Assembly (NCBI GenBank): GCA_964016885.1
Contig: OZ024766.1
Coordinates: forward strand, 13,888,001-13,952,000
Origin: Eledone cirrhosa
Lineage: Eukaryota
Reading direction: 5' to 3'
DNA: 64,000 nt
The position numbers were made by a program, and so were the translations under genes. Of this stretch, positions 13,734 to 25,963 are shown one piece after another (positions within the stretch are counted from its first letter, which is position 1; each line of letters opens with the position of its first letter). The notes beneath the pieces are model-generated. The model was not told where the DNA came from. It did no database searches and saw only the letters and a program-made list of their open reading frames with translations.

Positions 13734-13861
13734 ATTATATAGAACAATAAAATATGGCACCAGATGTTCAACCCAAGACCTTATGATTGAGAACAGCACA
13801 CCTGTAACCTCTAAGCTATATATCTTCACACAGACTTTCTGATAAAGACAGAAGTACCCAC

Positions 13862-13999
13862 CTGACTGACAGTTGTCTCCCCTGAAACCAGCTGCACATC
13901 CAACACTAGAACACACCCCAGATTTAATGTCGCAATGATCGTTGTCAGCACAGTGGCACAAATACTGACAGTTCAAGCCAAAATAACCCTTTTTACATT
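13862..13999 (-). CDS. Internal exon encoding EGF/laminin-EGF-like repeats (MEGF10/11 or scavenger-receptor-F-like)
   Basis: (T)nCAG acceptor, G|GTGGGT donor, 138 nt, phase 1-1, open frame CKKGYFGLNCQYLCHCADNDHCDIKSGVCSSVGCAAGFRGDNCQS. Confidence 0.85.
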
Positions 14000-14127
14000 C
14001 TGAAAAAAAAAAAAAAAAAAAAATAGAATTATATACACAACATATATATAAAATTATACACAATAACACATATATACAATGATACACAGCTATAACATAC
14101 ATATACACAATTATACATAACTATAAT

Positions 14128-14490
14128 GCCAATGTGCGTGAATGACCAAGCATAGACGAGTTGAGAAAGAAACTGGGTATAAGAGGGATAAGTTGTGGTG
14201 TGCAGGAGAGAAGGCTGAGCTGAGATGGTATGGACATGTGATGTGCATGGAGGATGACCGCTGGGTAAAGAAGTGCCAAGAAATCCCAGTAGAAGGAAGG
14301 CGCAGTAGAGGTAGACCATGAAAAACATGGGCGGAGGTGGTGAGAGAAGACCTCAAATTGCTGAAACTCACAGAGGAGATGACAAGGGACCGTGACGAAT
14401 GAAGAGATGCCATGCTTAATAAGACCCGTCCCACCCTTGCAAGCAGGGAAAAGCGGACGTAAAATGATGATGATGATGATGATGATAATA
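14128..14490 (+). mobile_element. 3' fragment of RTE-X-like LINE
   Basis: RWYGHVM..RGRP.KTW remnant and GGACGTAAAATGATGATG tail; matches 27100-27440. Confidence 0.8.
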
Positions 14491-15215
14491 ATAAAATTAT
14501 TGTGTACAGTGCTCAGGGGCACTACAACTCATCAATGGTGAATTTATAGTACATTAGTGAACAGACAGTGAACAGTGTATGAGTCATGAGATACACACAG
14601 ACACATGCATGCGTGTGTATGGAGGGGGAATATCAGGTGTAGTGTTGGCGCAAAAAAAAAATAAAAGGAAATGCTTACAGCACCTAGGTTTCTCAAGTGG
14701 TTTCCCATCTAAGTACTAACTAGGCTCGAGTCAAGATATATGTGTGTGTGTGTATGCATGGAGGGGGAATATCAGGTGCAGTGTTGGCGAATTTCAGGCA
14801 GCATGGAGGTTTTAAAGGATGCAGTGTCCCGGCAGCTAACAACTGATGCAGGTAGTTTGTTCCATGCTTCAGTGAATTTCAGGAAGCATGGAGGTTTTAA
14901 AGGATGCAGTGTCCTGGCAGCACACAACTGATGCGGGTAGTTTGTTCCATGCTTCAGTGAATTTCAGGAAGCATGGAGGTTTTAAAGGATGCAGTGTCTT
15001 GGCAGCACACAACTGATGCGGGTAGTTTGTTCCATGCTTCAGTGAATTTCAGGAAGCATGGAGGTTTTAAAGGATGCAGTGTCCTGGCAGCACACAACTG
15101 ATGCGGGTAGTTTGTTCCATGCTTCAGTGAATTTCAGGAAGCATGGAGGTTTTAAAGGATGCAGTGTCTTGGCAGCACACAACTGATGCGGGTAGTTTGT
15201 TCCATACTTCAGCAA
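14490..15215 (-). mobile_element. CR1-like LINE 3' fragment with an 85-bp internal segment amplified about 5 times
   Basis: Reverse-complement match to 57320-57575; unit starts at 14872, 14957, 15042 and 15127. Confidence 0.8.
14672..14730 (-). pseudogene. 5S rRNA 3'-half pseudogene fragment
   Basis: Minus strand TCGAGCCTAGTTAGTACTTAGATGGGAAACCACTTGAGAAACCTAGGTGCTGTAAGCA resembles the 5S 3' half (GGTTAGTACTTGGATGGGAGACC..GGTGCTGTAGGC), followed by a T-run. Confidence 0.8.
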
Positions 15216-15597
15216 ATTTTTATATATATCGATTGACCAACAGTTAAAAAATATAAATATAAATATAGTTTCTCAGAGTTTTTTCATCACACATCTGTGA
15301 CATCATCAGTGATATTTCTATGCTTGTCATATTCCTGTGATGTTTTCTTATTCTATTTTATTTATTTGCAGTAGTTCCAACGTAAAAGACTTTCATAATA
15401 GTTGATCACTATAAATAACAGTTAGGAAAACCAGATAAAGTACATGTGGAGATAGAAAGAAGTAGACGGAGGGTCCTGTAAGGAACAGGTGCAAGTTTGC
15501 TTCCTTGCAAATACTTCTGTCTACATCTACCTTTCTCCTGAGATACTTTACTACCCACATTAACCTGTCACCTGTGGTCCATTACTGTCTACCAGGA

Positions 15598-15782
15598 ATA
15601 ATAATTGTTTCTACTTTAGGCACAAGGTCAGCAATTATCCCAGTGTATTACTGGTACTTTATTTTATCGACCACGTAAGGATGAAAGGCAAAGTTAACTT
15701 CGGTGGGATTTGAACTCAGATTGTAAAGGGACATAACTATGCTGGAAAGCACGGCATCCGACTCTCTACTGATACTGCCATA
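15598..15782 (-). mobile_element. SINE family A
   Basis: Matches 720-905. Confidence 0.8.
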
Positions 15783-16125
15783 ATATAGTTAGACTAGTTA
15801 GAAGTAGAAATAAAAGACTATTAAACATATGTAGTCATTAATAATATAGTTATACTAGTTAGTAGTAAAAGTGAAAGAGTAATACACCTATGTAGTCATT
15901 AATAATATAGTTATACTAGTTAGTAGTAAAAGTAAAAGAGTAATAAACCTATGTAGTCATTAATAATATAGTTATACTAGTTAGTAGTAAAAATAAAAGA
16001 GTATTAAACATATGTAGCCATTAATAATATAGTTATACTAGTTAGTAGTAAAAGTAAAAGAGTAATAAACCTATGTAGACATTAACAATATAGTTATACT
16101 AGTTAGTAGTAAACGTAAAAGAGTT
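15780..16125. repeat. 61-bp AT-rich tandem repeat, about 5.5 copies
   Basis: TAATAATATAGTTATACTAGTTAGTAGTAAAAGTAAAAGAGTAATAAACCTATGTAGTCAT repeated. Confidence 0.9.
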
Positions 16126-16298
16126 TACAACAATCTGCATTGTTGTGGCTTTCTTAAATACGTATTTTACACATTTCACAATGCTTCAAGCAAACTTTAA
16201 CACCCTCATATACATGTATGTATGTATATATATATATATACATGTATGTATATATATATACATGTATATATATGTATATATATATATACATGTATATA

Positions 16299-16339
<41 letters not shown>

Positions 16340-16377
16340 ATGTATATATATATATACATGCAACAAAAAAAAAACTC

Positions 16378-17342
16378 CGTCCTAGTCAGGATGCGTGACA
16401 GACAGGATGTGCAGTGTGTTCGTGTTCTTCGTGGAGCTGAGTGCTGGACGGACCACCGCCTGGTACGCGCAAAAGTGAAACTAATCACCAAACGTAAAAT
16501 CCGGGCTCCTGGTGTTGCCCTGCCCAAAAGATTGAATGCTGCTCGTCTTAAGGATAAAAATGTGAAGAGGACATTGGAAGAAGAGATGCAGGCTGCAGAT
16601 CTTGGTGAGGATTGGCCTACCCTTAAAAAGTCGGTTTATGATGTAGGCAGGCGTGTTCTGGGATTGGTGCAGAGAAAACATCAGGACTGGTTTAATGAGA
16701 ATGATGTACATATAGAAGACTTGTTAGCTGATAAGAGGCGTGCTCTGTCACGCTACTTGACGGCAAAACCACAGGAGAGGAATACGTTGCATGAGGAACT
16801 CAGGGATGTAAAATCACGTGTTAGGCGGAGTCTTTCTCAGATGAAGGATCAGTGGTGGAGTGAGAAGGCTGGTGAGATACAAACTGCGTCTGATTGCAAT
16901 AACACAAAGCTGTTGTACAGTCTCTTGCGTGAGGTTTATGGACCGTCTTCTTCTCTGGTGACACCGCTTCGCAGTAAGGATGGCAAAGAACTTCTTCGTG
17001 ACTCACAGGGAATTCTATGAAGGTGGCGAGAGCACTTTGATGATCTTTTGAATCGGCCGTCTGTCGTCAGTGAAGATTTCCTCAATCTCATTCCAGAAAG
17101 TCCTGTGAAAGTAGCTCTCGCAGAACCTCCGACGCTTGTGGAGGTTGCAGTGGCTATTTCGAAGCTGAACAGTGGAAGATCTCCAGGTATGGATGGCATA
17201 CATGCTGAGCTCCTACAATATGGTGGTGAGAGACTCCTGCAACATCTTCACTCTCTGTTTGGAGGGATATGGGCTAATGAATCCGTGCCTGAGGACTGGA
17301 GAGATGCAGTAATGGTGGTCTTGTACAAGGGAAAGGGTAAAC
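16378..17342 (+). mobile_element. RTE (BovB-like) LINE, middle part (end of APE to start of RT)
   Basis: [43 protein letters not shown]. Confidence 0.85.
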
Positions 17343-18580
17343 CTTGATTTCAGCAAGGCCTTTGACAGGGTTGATCATAACATTCTACTGAGAAAGCTGT
17401 CCAATATTGGTGTCACTGGAAAGCTGCTGCAGTGGATCAAGAGCTTCCTGTCAAACAGAACCCAACATGTTGTAGTTGAGGGAGTCAAATCAAGCCCAGC
17501 CAAAGTCAGTAGTGGAGTCCCACAAGGCACTGTGTTGGGCCCACTTCTCTTCATCATCTATATTAATGACATCACTGACATCATCAAACACAGCAACATT
17601 AAAATTTTCGCTGATGATTCCAAGCTCCAAAAGGTCATCAATGGCGTGGATGACCGGATAAGCCTTCAGTCAGACCTACTGGCTGTTACCCAATGGGCAG
17701 AAAAGAACAACATGTTACTGAACGAAGACAAATTCGAACTGATCCACTTTGGAAAAGAGGATGCTCTGAAACTCCCGTACTCCCTTCCCTCCGGGGAAAC
17801 TCTCGTGGCATCTAACAACATCAGAGACTTGGGAGTAACCGTGGACAGCAACATAAGCTGGACCACGCATATAAGCAGCAAAGTTGACATGGCCCGCAGA
17901 ATGTGTTCCTGGATCCTCAGAACCTTCCAGTCGAGAGATTCCCGCACCATTATCCTTCTCTTCTCTACTTTCGCCCGACCACACCTTGAATACTGTTGTC
18001 CACTGTGGTCTCCCCACACGAAACAAAGTATCATGAAACTTGAAGCTCCTCAAAGGGCAATCACGAAAAAGATAGATGGCATGTCAGACCTTGACTACTG
18101 GGGTCGATTGGAAAACCTGAAACTTTACTCACTCCAACGTCGCCGTGAGCGTTATATTATCTGCATGATGTGGAAAATGTTCCATCATCACTGCCCAAAT
18201 GATGTTGGCATCGCCTTCAAGATACACCCAAGGCTTGGGCCCCGTGCTATCCGTCCCATTCAAAAATCTAAATCGCAACTCATAACAACAATACGGCACA
18301 ATTATTTCACCTCAATCGGCCCTGCTCTCTTCAACATCACACCAGGACACGTCAAAACAGAAACTGACCACACAAAATTCAAGAAGTCTTTGGACAAATT
18401 CCTCCAAGTAATCCCGGACAAACCACCCACACCCGGATATGTCTCCGCAAACAGTAATTCTCTTCTCGAATGGGCCATGGTGCCCAAATCCTGAATTGAA
18501 AGACTTCGCCAGGTGGTGCTATTAAGTTAGACATGGCCTGGGCCAATACTGGCCAAAACATTTCAAAGTTATTCAAAGTT
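17343..18580 (+). mobile_element. 5'-truncated CR1/Jockey-group LINE (RT C-terminal half, largely open)
   Basis: DFSKAFD, GVPQGTVLGPLLF, FADDSK, YCCPLWSP and LQRRRERY motifs; 3' UTR runs into (TA)n. Confidence 0.88.
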
Positions 18581-18602
18581 ATATATACATATATATATAT
18601 AT

Positions 18603-18701
<99 letters not shown>

Positions 18702-18943
18702 CATGTATATATATATACATATATATATATACATGTATATATATATACATATATATACATGTATATATATATACATATATATACATGTATATATATATAC
18801 ATATATATATATATATACATGTATATATATATACATATATATATATATATACACACATATATATATACATGTGTATATATATATATATACATGTGTATAT
18901 ATATATATATATACATGTGTATATATATATATATATACATGTG

Positions 18944-19017
<74 letters not shown>

Positions 19018-19050
19018 CATATATATATATACATATATATATATACATAT
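18580..19050. repeat. Compound (TA)n/(TACA) microsatellite
   Basis: Direct inspection. Confidence 0.95.
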
Positions 19051-19200
19051 GGTGGCTGCCAACTCGTTTTCGAGTACGGCCACTACTTTATATCCATGTA
19101 GGAGAACCCCTACCGATGCGCTGAACGAGTGTGACTTTTTAGTCCAACCAGCGACTTGAAAACTCTGGTACAAACACTACACTTGTGACAATTATTGACA
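19050..19200 (-). mobile_element. 3' tip of an RTE LINE (C-terminal CCHH zinc finger + short UTR)
   Basis: [25 protein letters not shown] followed by a short UTR and a microsatellite tail. Confidence 0.6.
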
Positions 19201-19442
19201 CATAGTGCTGGGCCCATGGTACCATGTGATGACAAGTGCAGAGAGATCTCCAGATCATATATACATATATATATATACATATATATATATACATATATAT
19301 ATATACATGTATATATATATACATATATATATATATACATGTATATATATATACATATATATATATACATATATATATACATGTATATCTATATACATAT
19401 ATATATATATATACATGTATATATATATACATATATATATAT

Positions 19443-19507
<65 letters not shown>

Positions 19508-19529
19508 CATGTATATATATATATATATA

Positions 19530-19857
19530 TGGAGGCACATGGCTTAGTGGTTTGAGCATTGGCCTTGCAATCGAAAGGTTGTGAGTTCAATTCTCAGACC
19601 GGATGATGTGTTGTTTCCTTGAGCAAGACACTTTATTTCACATTGCTCCAGTTTACTCAGCTGTAGAAATGAGATGATAGGGACTGGGGTCCCTATCATT
19701 CCACTGTAAAGTGGTCGTGGAGGTGCCACGGCAAAAAAGCACCCAGCACTCACTGTAAATGAGGTTGGTGTTAGGAAGGGCATCCAGCTGTAGAAATCAA
19801 GCCAGAATCAGTTCCCGTCCCACCCTTGCAAGCAGGGAAAAGTGGACGTAAAATGAA
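19530..19857 (+). mobile_element. Full-length tRNA-head CORE-like SINE (family B)
   Basis: A box TGGCTTAGTGG, B box GAGTTCAATTC, CCTTGAGCAAGACACTT core, GGAAGGGCATCCAGCTGTAGAA motif, LINE-like tail CTTGCAAGCAGGGAAAAGTGGACGTAAAATG. Confidence 0.88.
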
Positions 19858-19909
19858 TACATATACATGTATATATATATACATGTATATATATATATAC
19901 GTGTATATG

Positions 19910-19944
<35 letters not shown>

Positions 19945-20041
19945 GTATATATATATATCTATATATATATATACATGTATGTATATATACATGTATATAT
20001 ATATCTATATATATATATACATGTATGTATATATACATGTG

Positions 20042-20072
<31 letters not shown>

Positions 20073-20389
20073 ATATACGCATGTATAAATGTCTTGTTAC
20101 GGGGGACTAAACCCAGAATTTGTCTACTATTATTGATGGTCGCTTGTTCAGTTTTCTTCTACGAAATGTAACGTACATATTTCATTTTCTTCTCAACTCT
20201 CCACATTCGGTTCATTCATCTATATATCTTACAATCCCCCAGAATCAAAATAATCGTATTCAAAATTGGCTTTCTATAATTCTGTTCTGTCTCACCGTTG
20301 TTCTAAAAATAATTCTGCTCCTCGCAAACTACCCCTCCCGCCCCCACTCTCCACCTTATTATTTGGACCAATCACAAGTAAACGACAAG

Positions 20390-22604
20390 TAACACTAACT
20401 TCAAAAAACGAGAAAATCACTTGATCACCTACAGATCAGGGGATCATACCAGCCAGGTAGATTATATCCTTACCAGAAGACGTGACAGAGTGACTGTTGT
20501 AAACACTAAATCCCTCCCCCATGAAGAATGCACCTCCCAACATAGACTGATAATTAGCGACCTCATAGTCAGGACGAGACGTACTCGACAGCAGAAGAGG
20601 ACTATCCTCAGGAGAAAAATATGGAAGCTAAAGGACCCCACAGCCAGAAATAAATTTCAAAGCATATTACTTGATGCTTTCGACAGTAAGGAAGAGCATT
20701 TAGAGTCGTACAATATAGAGGAACAGTGGGAATTCCTGAAAGCAAACCTGCTGATGGCGGCAGACGAAGTCTGTGGCCGGAGCAGGCCTGTAGGTAGGAG
20801 GAGAGTAACATGGTGGTGGGACAGTAAGGTGGAGGAGTCGATTAAGGCCAAAAAGCAGGCTTGGAAAGTATGGCGGGATGGGGGAAGTAGAGAAGACTAT
20901 CAAGTGGCCAGGAGGGAAGCTAGGAGACAAGTGTACTTCGCAAGAAGGGAAGCAGAGGAAAGAAAGTTCAAGCATGTTCTACAACGCGAGGACCAAAAAC
21001 GTGAGGTGTTCAGGATTGCTAGACAATGTGTCAAGGAAAACCGTGATATTGTTGGGGAGAAGTGTGTACTAAATGATGATGGTGTACTCGCCATCACTGA
21101 CGCTGATAAGAAGGTCGCTTGGAAGTGTCACTACGAGAGGCTACTAAATGAGGAGAATAAATGGGAGAAGGATAGTCTCCCCCAGATCGATCCAATAGAG
21201 GGACCAGCAGTGTTAGTTGAAGGTAGTATAATAAGTAAGGCAATCAAAGATATGAAGACGCGTAAGGCGGCTGGGCCTTCGGAAATAGTTGCTGAGATGC
21301 AAGGGTAAAGGAGACGCCCTAGATAGGAGTAACTATAGAGGCATTAAATTAATCGACCAGGTCATGAAGGTCACGGAAAAAGTAATAGTGCAACTAATCA
21401 GAGAGAGAATCGATCTAGATGAAATGCAATTCGGGTTTGTGTCAGGCAAAAGTACCACAGACGCTCTTTTCATTGTACGACAACTACAGGAGAAGTACCT
21501 AGCTAAAAGTAAACCCCTATACTTAGCCTTTGTCGACTTGGAGAAAGCCTTCGACAGAGTCCCCCGTTCCATTATCTGGTGGGCTCTTAGAAAACTAGGT
21601 GTTGATGAATGGCTTGTGAGAGCTATACAAGCCATGTATAAAGAAACAGTGAGCAAGGTTAGAATTAACAACGAATATAGTGAAGAATTTAGCGTAAAAG
21701 TTGGTGTCCATCAGGGTTCTGTTCTTAGCCCCCTATTTATTATTGCCCTTCAGGCTATAACAGAGGAGTTCAAGACCGGCTGCCCATGGGAACTCCTATA
21801 CGCAGATGATCTAACGCTCATAGCTGAATCAATAGCCGAGCTAGAGAAGAAATTCCAAACATGGAAGCACGGCCTAGAATCAAAAGGCCTTAAAATTAAA
21901 CTAGCTAAGACTAAAGTTCTAGTTTGTAGGAAAGAAAATAAGGCGCCGGTCCCTTCCGGGAAATGGCCATGCTCAGTGTGTAGGAAAGGCGTAGGTAGAA
22001 ACTCCCTTTTATGTCCCAAATGCAAAGTATGGGTGCATAAAAGATGTAGTGGGATCACAGGTAAGCTAACTAAGAACACAGATTTTACATGTGGCCGGTG
22101 CTCTGGTGCAATAAGTAGCAGCAAGTGCCCATCAAAATACTAGCTCTTTCAATTGCGCAGAGAGTTCTATAGAAATAGTGGACAGCTCCCGTTACCTGGG
22201 TGACAAAATCAGCAGTGGGGGAGGGTGCTCTGAAAGTACAGTAGCTAGAGTCAGAACTAGAGAGGAACGAAGCTTGCATGCTCCACTGGATGTGTAATAG
22301 TAATATACGTGAACAGCAAAGCATAAACGAACTAAGGAAAAAATTAGAAATAAGAGGGATCAGATGTTGTTTACTCGAGAGAAGGCTACGTTGGTATGGT
22401 CACGTGATGCGCATGAAAGACGACAGCTGTATAGCAAAGTGCAGGGCAATAAAGATAGATGGTAGCCACGGAGTAGGCAGACCCAGAAAAACCTGGGACG
22501 AGCTGATAAGTTCCGACCTCACACACTTACACCTCTCCAAGACAATGTCACTGGACCGAGACCTTTGGCGGTACTCAGTAATAGAGAAGACCCGCCTTAC
22601 CTAA
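20390..22604 (+). mobile_element. RTE-X-like LINE (APE end, RT, PHD-like finger), internally deleted
   Basis: SQVDYIL..SQHRL; DLEKAFDRV, HQGSVLSP, YADD; CSVC..CPKC..HKRC..CGRC; RLRWYGHVMR..GRPRKTW. Confidence 0.9.
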
Positions 22605-22623
22605 ATACAAAGTAAAACCTACT

Positions 22624-23700
22624 ACAGTCAGTAGGCATCTCTAACAAAATACACCCCCGTCCCACCACCCCCACTCCATCCACACCGCCCCTTTCAATGT
22701 AAAGTTATGTTGGTGCCACAACATCCAGGCCGAAACAAATGAGATCGTGTAGGTGTCACGACAAAAAAACACACAGTCCACGCTGTAATGTGGCCGTGTA
22801 GGCAACACGGTAAAAACCTCCCAGCCCCACACTGTAAATGTGGTTGGTGTTAGGAAGGGCATCCAGCTGTAGAAAACCCGCCAGACAGTCCACGCTGTAA
22901 TGTGGCCGTGTAGGAAAACACGGTAAAAACCTCACAGCACCACACTGTAAATGTGGTTGGTGTTAGGAAGGGCATTCAACAGTCAGTAGGCATCTCTAAC
23001 AAAATACACCCCCGTCCCACCACCCCCACTCCATCCACACCGCCCCTTTCAATGTAAAGTTATGTTGGTGCCACAACATCCAGGCCGAAACAAATGAGAT
23101 CGTGTAGGTGTCACGACAAAAAAACACACAGTCCACGCTGTAATGTGGCCGTGTAGGCAACACGGTAAAAACCTCCCAGCCCCACACTGTAAATGTGGTT
23201 GGTGTTAGGAAGGGCATCCAGCTGTAGAAAACCCGCCAGACAGTCCACGCTGTAATGTGGCCGTGTAGGAAAACACGGTAAAAACCTCACAGCACCACAC
23301 TGTAAATGTGGTTGGTGTTAGGAAGGGCATTCAACAGTCAGTAGGCATCTCTAACAAAATACACCCCCGTCCCACCACCCCCACTCCATCCACACCGCCC
23401 CTTTCAATGTAAAGTTATGTTGGTGCCACAACATCCAGTCCTAAATAAATGAGGTTGTGTAGTTGTCACGACAAAAAAACACAGTCCACACTGTAATGTG
23501 GCCATGTAGGTAACACGGTAAAAACCACCCAGTTCCACACTGTAAACGTGGTTGGTGTTAGGAAGGGTACCCAGCCATAGAAAACCCGCCAGACAGTCCT
23601 ATGTGAGCAAGACAACCACTCTTGCCTCAAGTGGGAAAACTCCCGTCCAAACCCATGCAAGCGTGGACCATGGACGTTAAACGATGATGATGATGATGAT
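22624..23700 (+). repeat. Tandem triplication of a 355-bp SINE/LINE-tail unit
   Basis: Near-identical units starting at about 22624, 22979 and 23334; a single related copy lies at 54700-55020. Confidence 0.9.
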
Positions 23701-23718
23701 ATATATATTTGCGCATAC

Positions 23719-24470
23719 CATCCTGACTAGGACGTAGTCCAAAAGATGCCATTCCTTAGATGCAGGATGCATCCATGTGGTCTTGAATTTGTTCTTTTGT
23801 TGGAACATGGTGTTGGTAACACACAGATCCAGCTCCTCACACATCTGCAGCAGGAGCATACCATTATTGTTACACTTTCCCACCCCATGCCTTCCGATTA
23901 CATTCCATGTGTTAAAATCCTTACCCAGTCTAGCATTAAAGTCACCAAGCACGATGACTTTGTCTGCCTGAGGGATATTTCTTAAAACACCTTTCAAGGC
24001 ATGGTAAAAGGACACTTTTTCTTCATCGACAGAATTCATAGTTGGAGCATACACACTCACCAGGGTCGCATATCTTCCTTTGTCCAGCGGAACTCTCATG
24101 TACATAAGACGCTCACTAATCCCTACTGGGAATTCTACTAATTTATTCACAAGTACAGTCTTAACAGCAAATCCTACCCCAGCCTCTCTTCTGGTTCCTT
24201 CATCTCTTCCTTTCCAAAAGAATGTATATTCTCCACAAAATTCTGTAAGATGACCATCTCCAGCTAACCTCGTCTCAGATAAAGCCACGATGTCAAGATC
24301 GTAACGTCGAAGCTCCTTTGCAACAAGAGCGGTCCTTCGTTCAGGACGCTCCAAGGAATCCCTGTCAAGCAGCGTCCGTACGTTCCAGCAGCCAAGACTA
24401 AATGCCTTGTTTGGCTCTATTACAATGGCACGATGACGAGCGGGCCCCGGCTGTGATAACCTGGGACCCC
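23719..24470 (-). mobile_element. RTE (BovB-like) LINE 5' part (APE N-terminal), open frame
   Basis: GCWNVRTL, PERRTALVA, ALSETR, YAPT, LGDFNAR, TTWMHP..HLLDYVLVRM. Confidence 0.9.
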
Positions 24471-24599
24471 TGCCCTTATTGCCAATTATCTTTTTTGTTC
24501 CAGAACCTAAATTGCCAATTATCTCTTTTATATTGTTCTGGAACATCATTGAATTGGAAGAAAAAAAAAAATAATAATAATAATAGTAACAATAATAAT

Positions 24600-25612
24600 A
24601 ATGATTTCATTTATTAGCCACAAGGGCCGACATGTAGGGGACAATACAAAGACAGGGACAGTGGGGGTTTACAATAAGGTCGAGTAAAAGTGCACAATGG
24701 CAAGTCTAATTTAACAATGAAGATATAAAAATATAAAATAAACTATGCATAAATATAACAAAATAAATTCCCCGATAGGGGTGGACGACCCTGGGGTGAT
24801 TTGGGTACCCCACCAATCCTGAAGCACCCTGCTCTTCTAGGGCACCCAGGGAGAGCACCCCTCTCCTCAAGTTAGCTAGCCTATAGGCGCATGGTCAGAG
24901 TAGGCCCATTCACACGAGCCATTCTCGCCACATTCACCCACCTTTTAGCAAATGTACTGGGGGGCAGCACTTCTCTCTCCACCCTCACCTTCCTTTCCAG
25001 GTGAAACTTGAAGAAGTTGATGAGGGATTGGCTGAAGAGAAAAGTGTCTGTCTTTAGTCCTTTCAACCTGGTCCACCATATAATCTCTTTCTCAACTTCC
25101 ACCAGACAGAGGAAATGTCCTGCTCTTTCTGACCTAAGGAAGGCGGTGGATCGATCTTCACTATGGACTCGGCCGATAGCCGGATTCGTTCCACACGTGA
25201 CAGTAGCTGTTCGACATAACTCCACAAGTCAGTAATGCACGGACATTGGACAAGTGCGTGCAGAACGGTTTCGTCGTTCTGTGCGCATCTTGTGCAGGTC
25301 CGTCTGACAGCACTTCCGTGCCTGTAGAGTTTATCCCGAACCGGCAGTGCCCCCCGGTAGCACTGCCAAGCGAGGGATTTCTGGAAATTGTCCATCGCCC
25401 CTGGCTCAAAAGTCCTCCGGTACAGACTGGTCAGTTCGACTTCGTCGAGGCCCAAAGCTTCTCCGAGTGCGTCATTGCACTTGCCCACCACTAATCCTCT
25501 ATAGAACTCGAGAGTGGAAGTTCCACTGATCGCATTGCCCGCTTGGTAGAGGGCAGTGAGTGCCTGGCAACATTCCAGGTGCCAGTCACCCAGTCTCGGT
25601 CTCTTCTTGCTA
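24600..25612 (-). mobile_element. 3' part of a Tx1/L1-group LINE (zf-RVT region)
   Basis: LAWQCYRGALPVRDKL..CTRC..ETVLHALVQC CCHC finger; FAKRW C-terminus; polyA signal and (TTA)n tail. Confidence 0.8.
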
Positions 25613-25888
25613 GTACAGCGTTCCTTTGTCAGTGTTGAACAAACGAGCAACGATGGTTGCTGGACACTATGGCTTCATGCGGGATGTTTGTTTACAAACA
25701 CACCGAGCATTATAATAAATGTTCGGTGAATCCATACGTACATATATATATGTGTGCATGTATGCATATATATATATACATACTACTGTACGTCTGTATA
25801 CATATATGTATGTACGTGTACATACTTATATTTAAGTAACAGCCGTACTAAGAGTGGGAAATGAAATTTCGTTTCATTTTTTTCCGTT

Positions 25889-25961
<73 letters not shown>

Positions 25962-25963
<2 letters not shown>

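Noticed and set aside
17330-17350. RTE-CR1 fusion as a novel chimeric LINE
   Set aside because: Frames are not joined (stop at the junction); more simply a 5'-truncated CR1 inserted into, or deleted against, the RTE
19530-19600. tRNA gene candidates at SINE heads
   Set aside because: A and B boxes are present but there is no full cloverleaf, and they continue into SINE bodies
18379-20110. Multiple YI-rich ORFs
   Set aside because: (TA)n microsatellite translations
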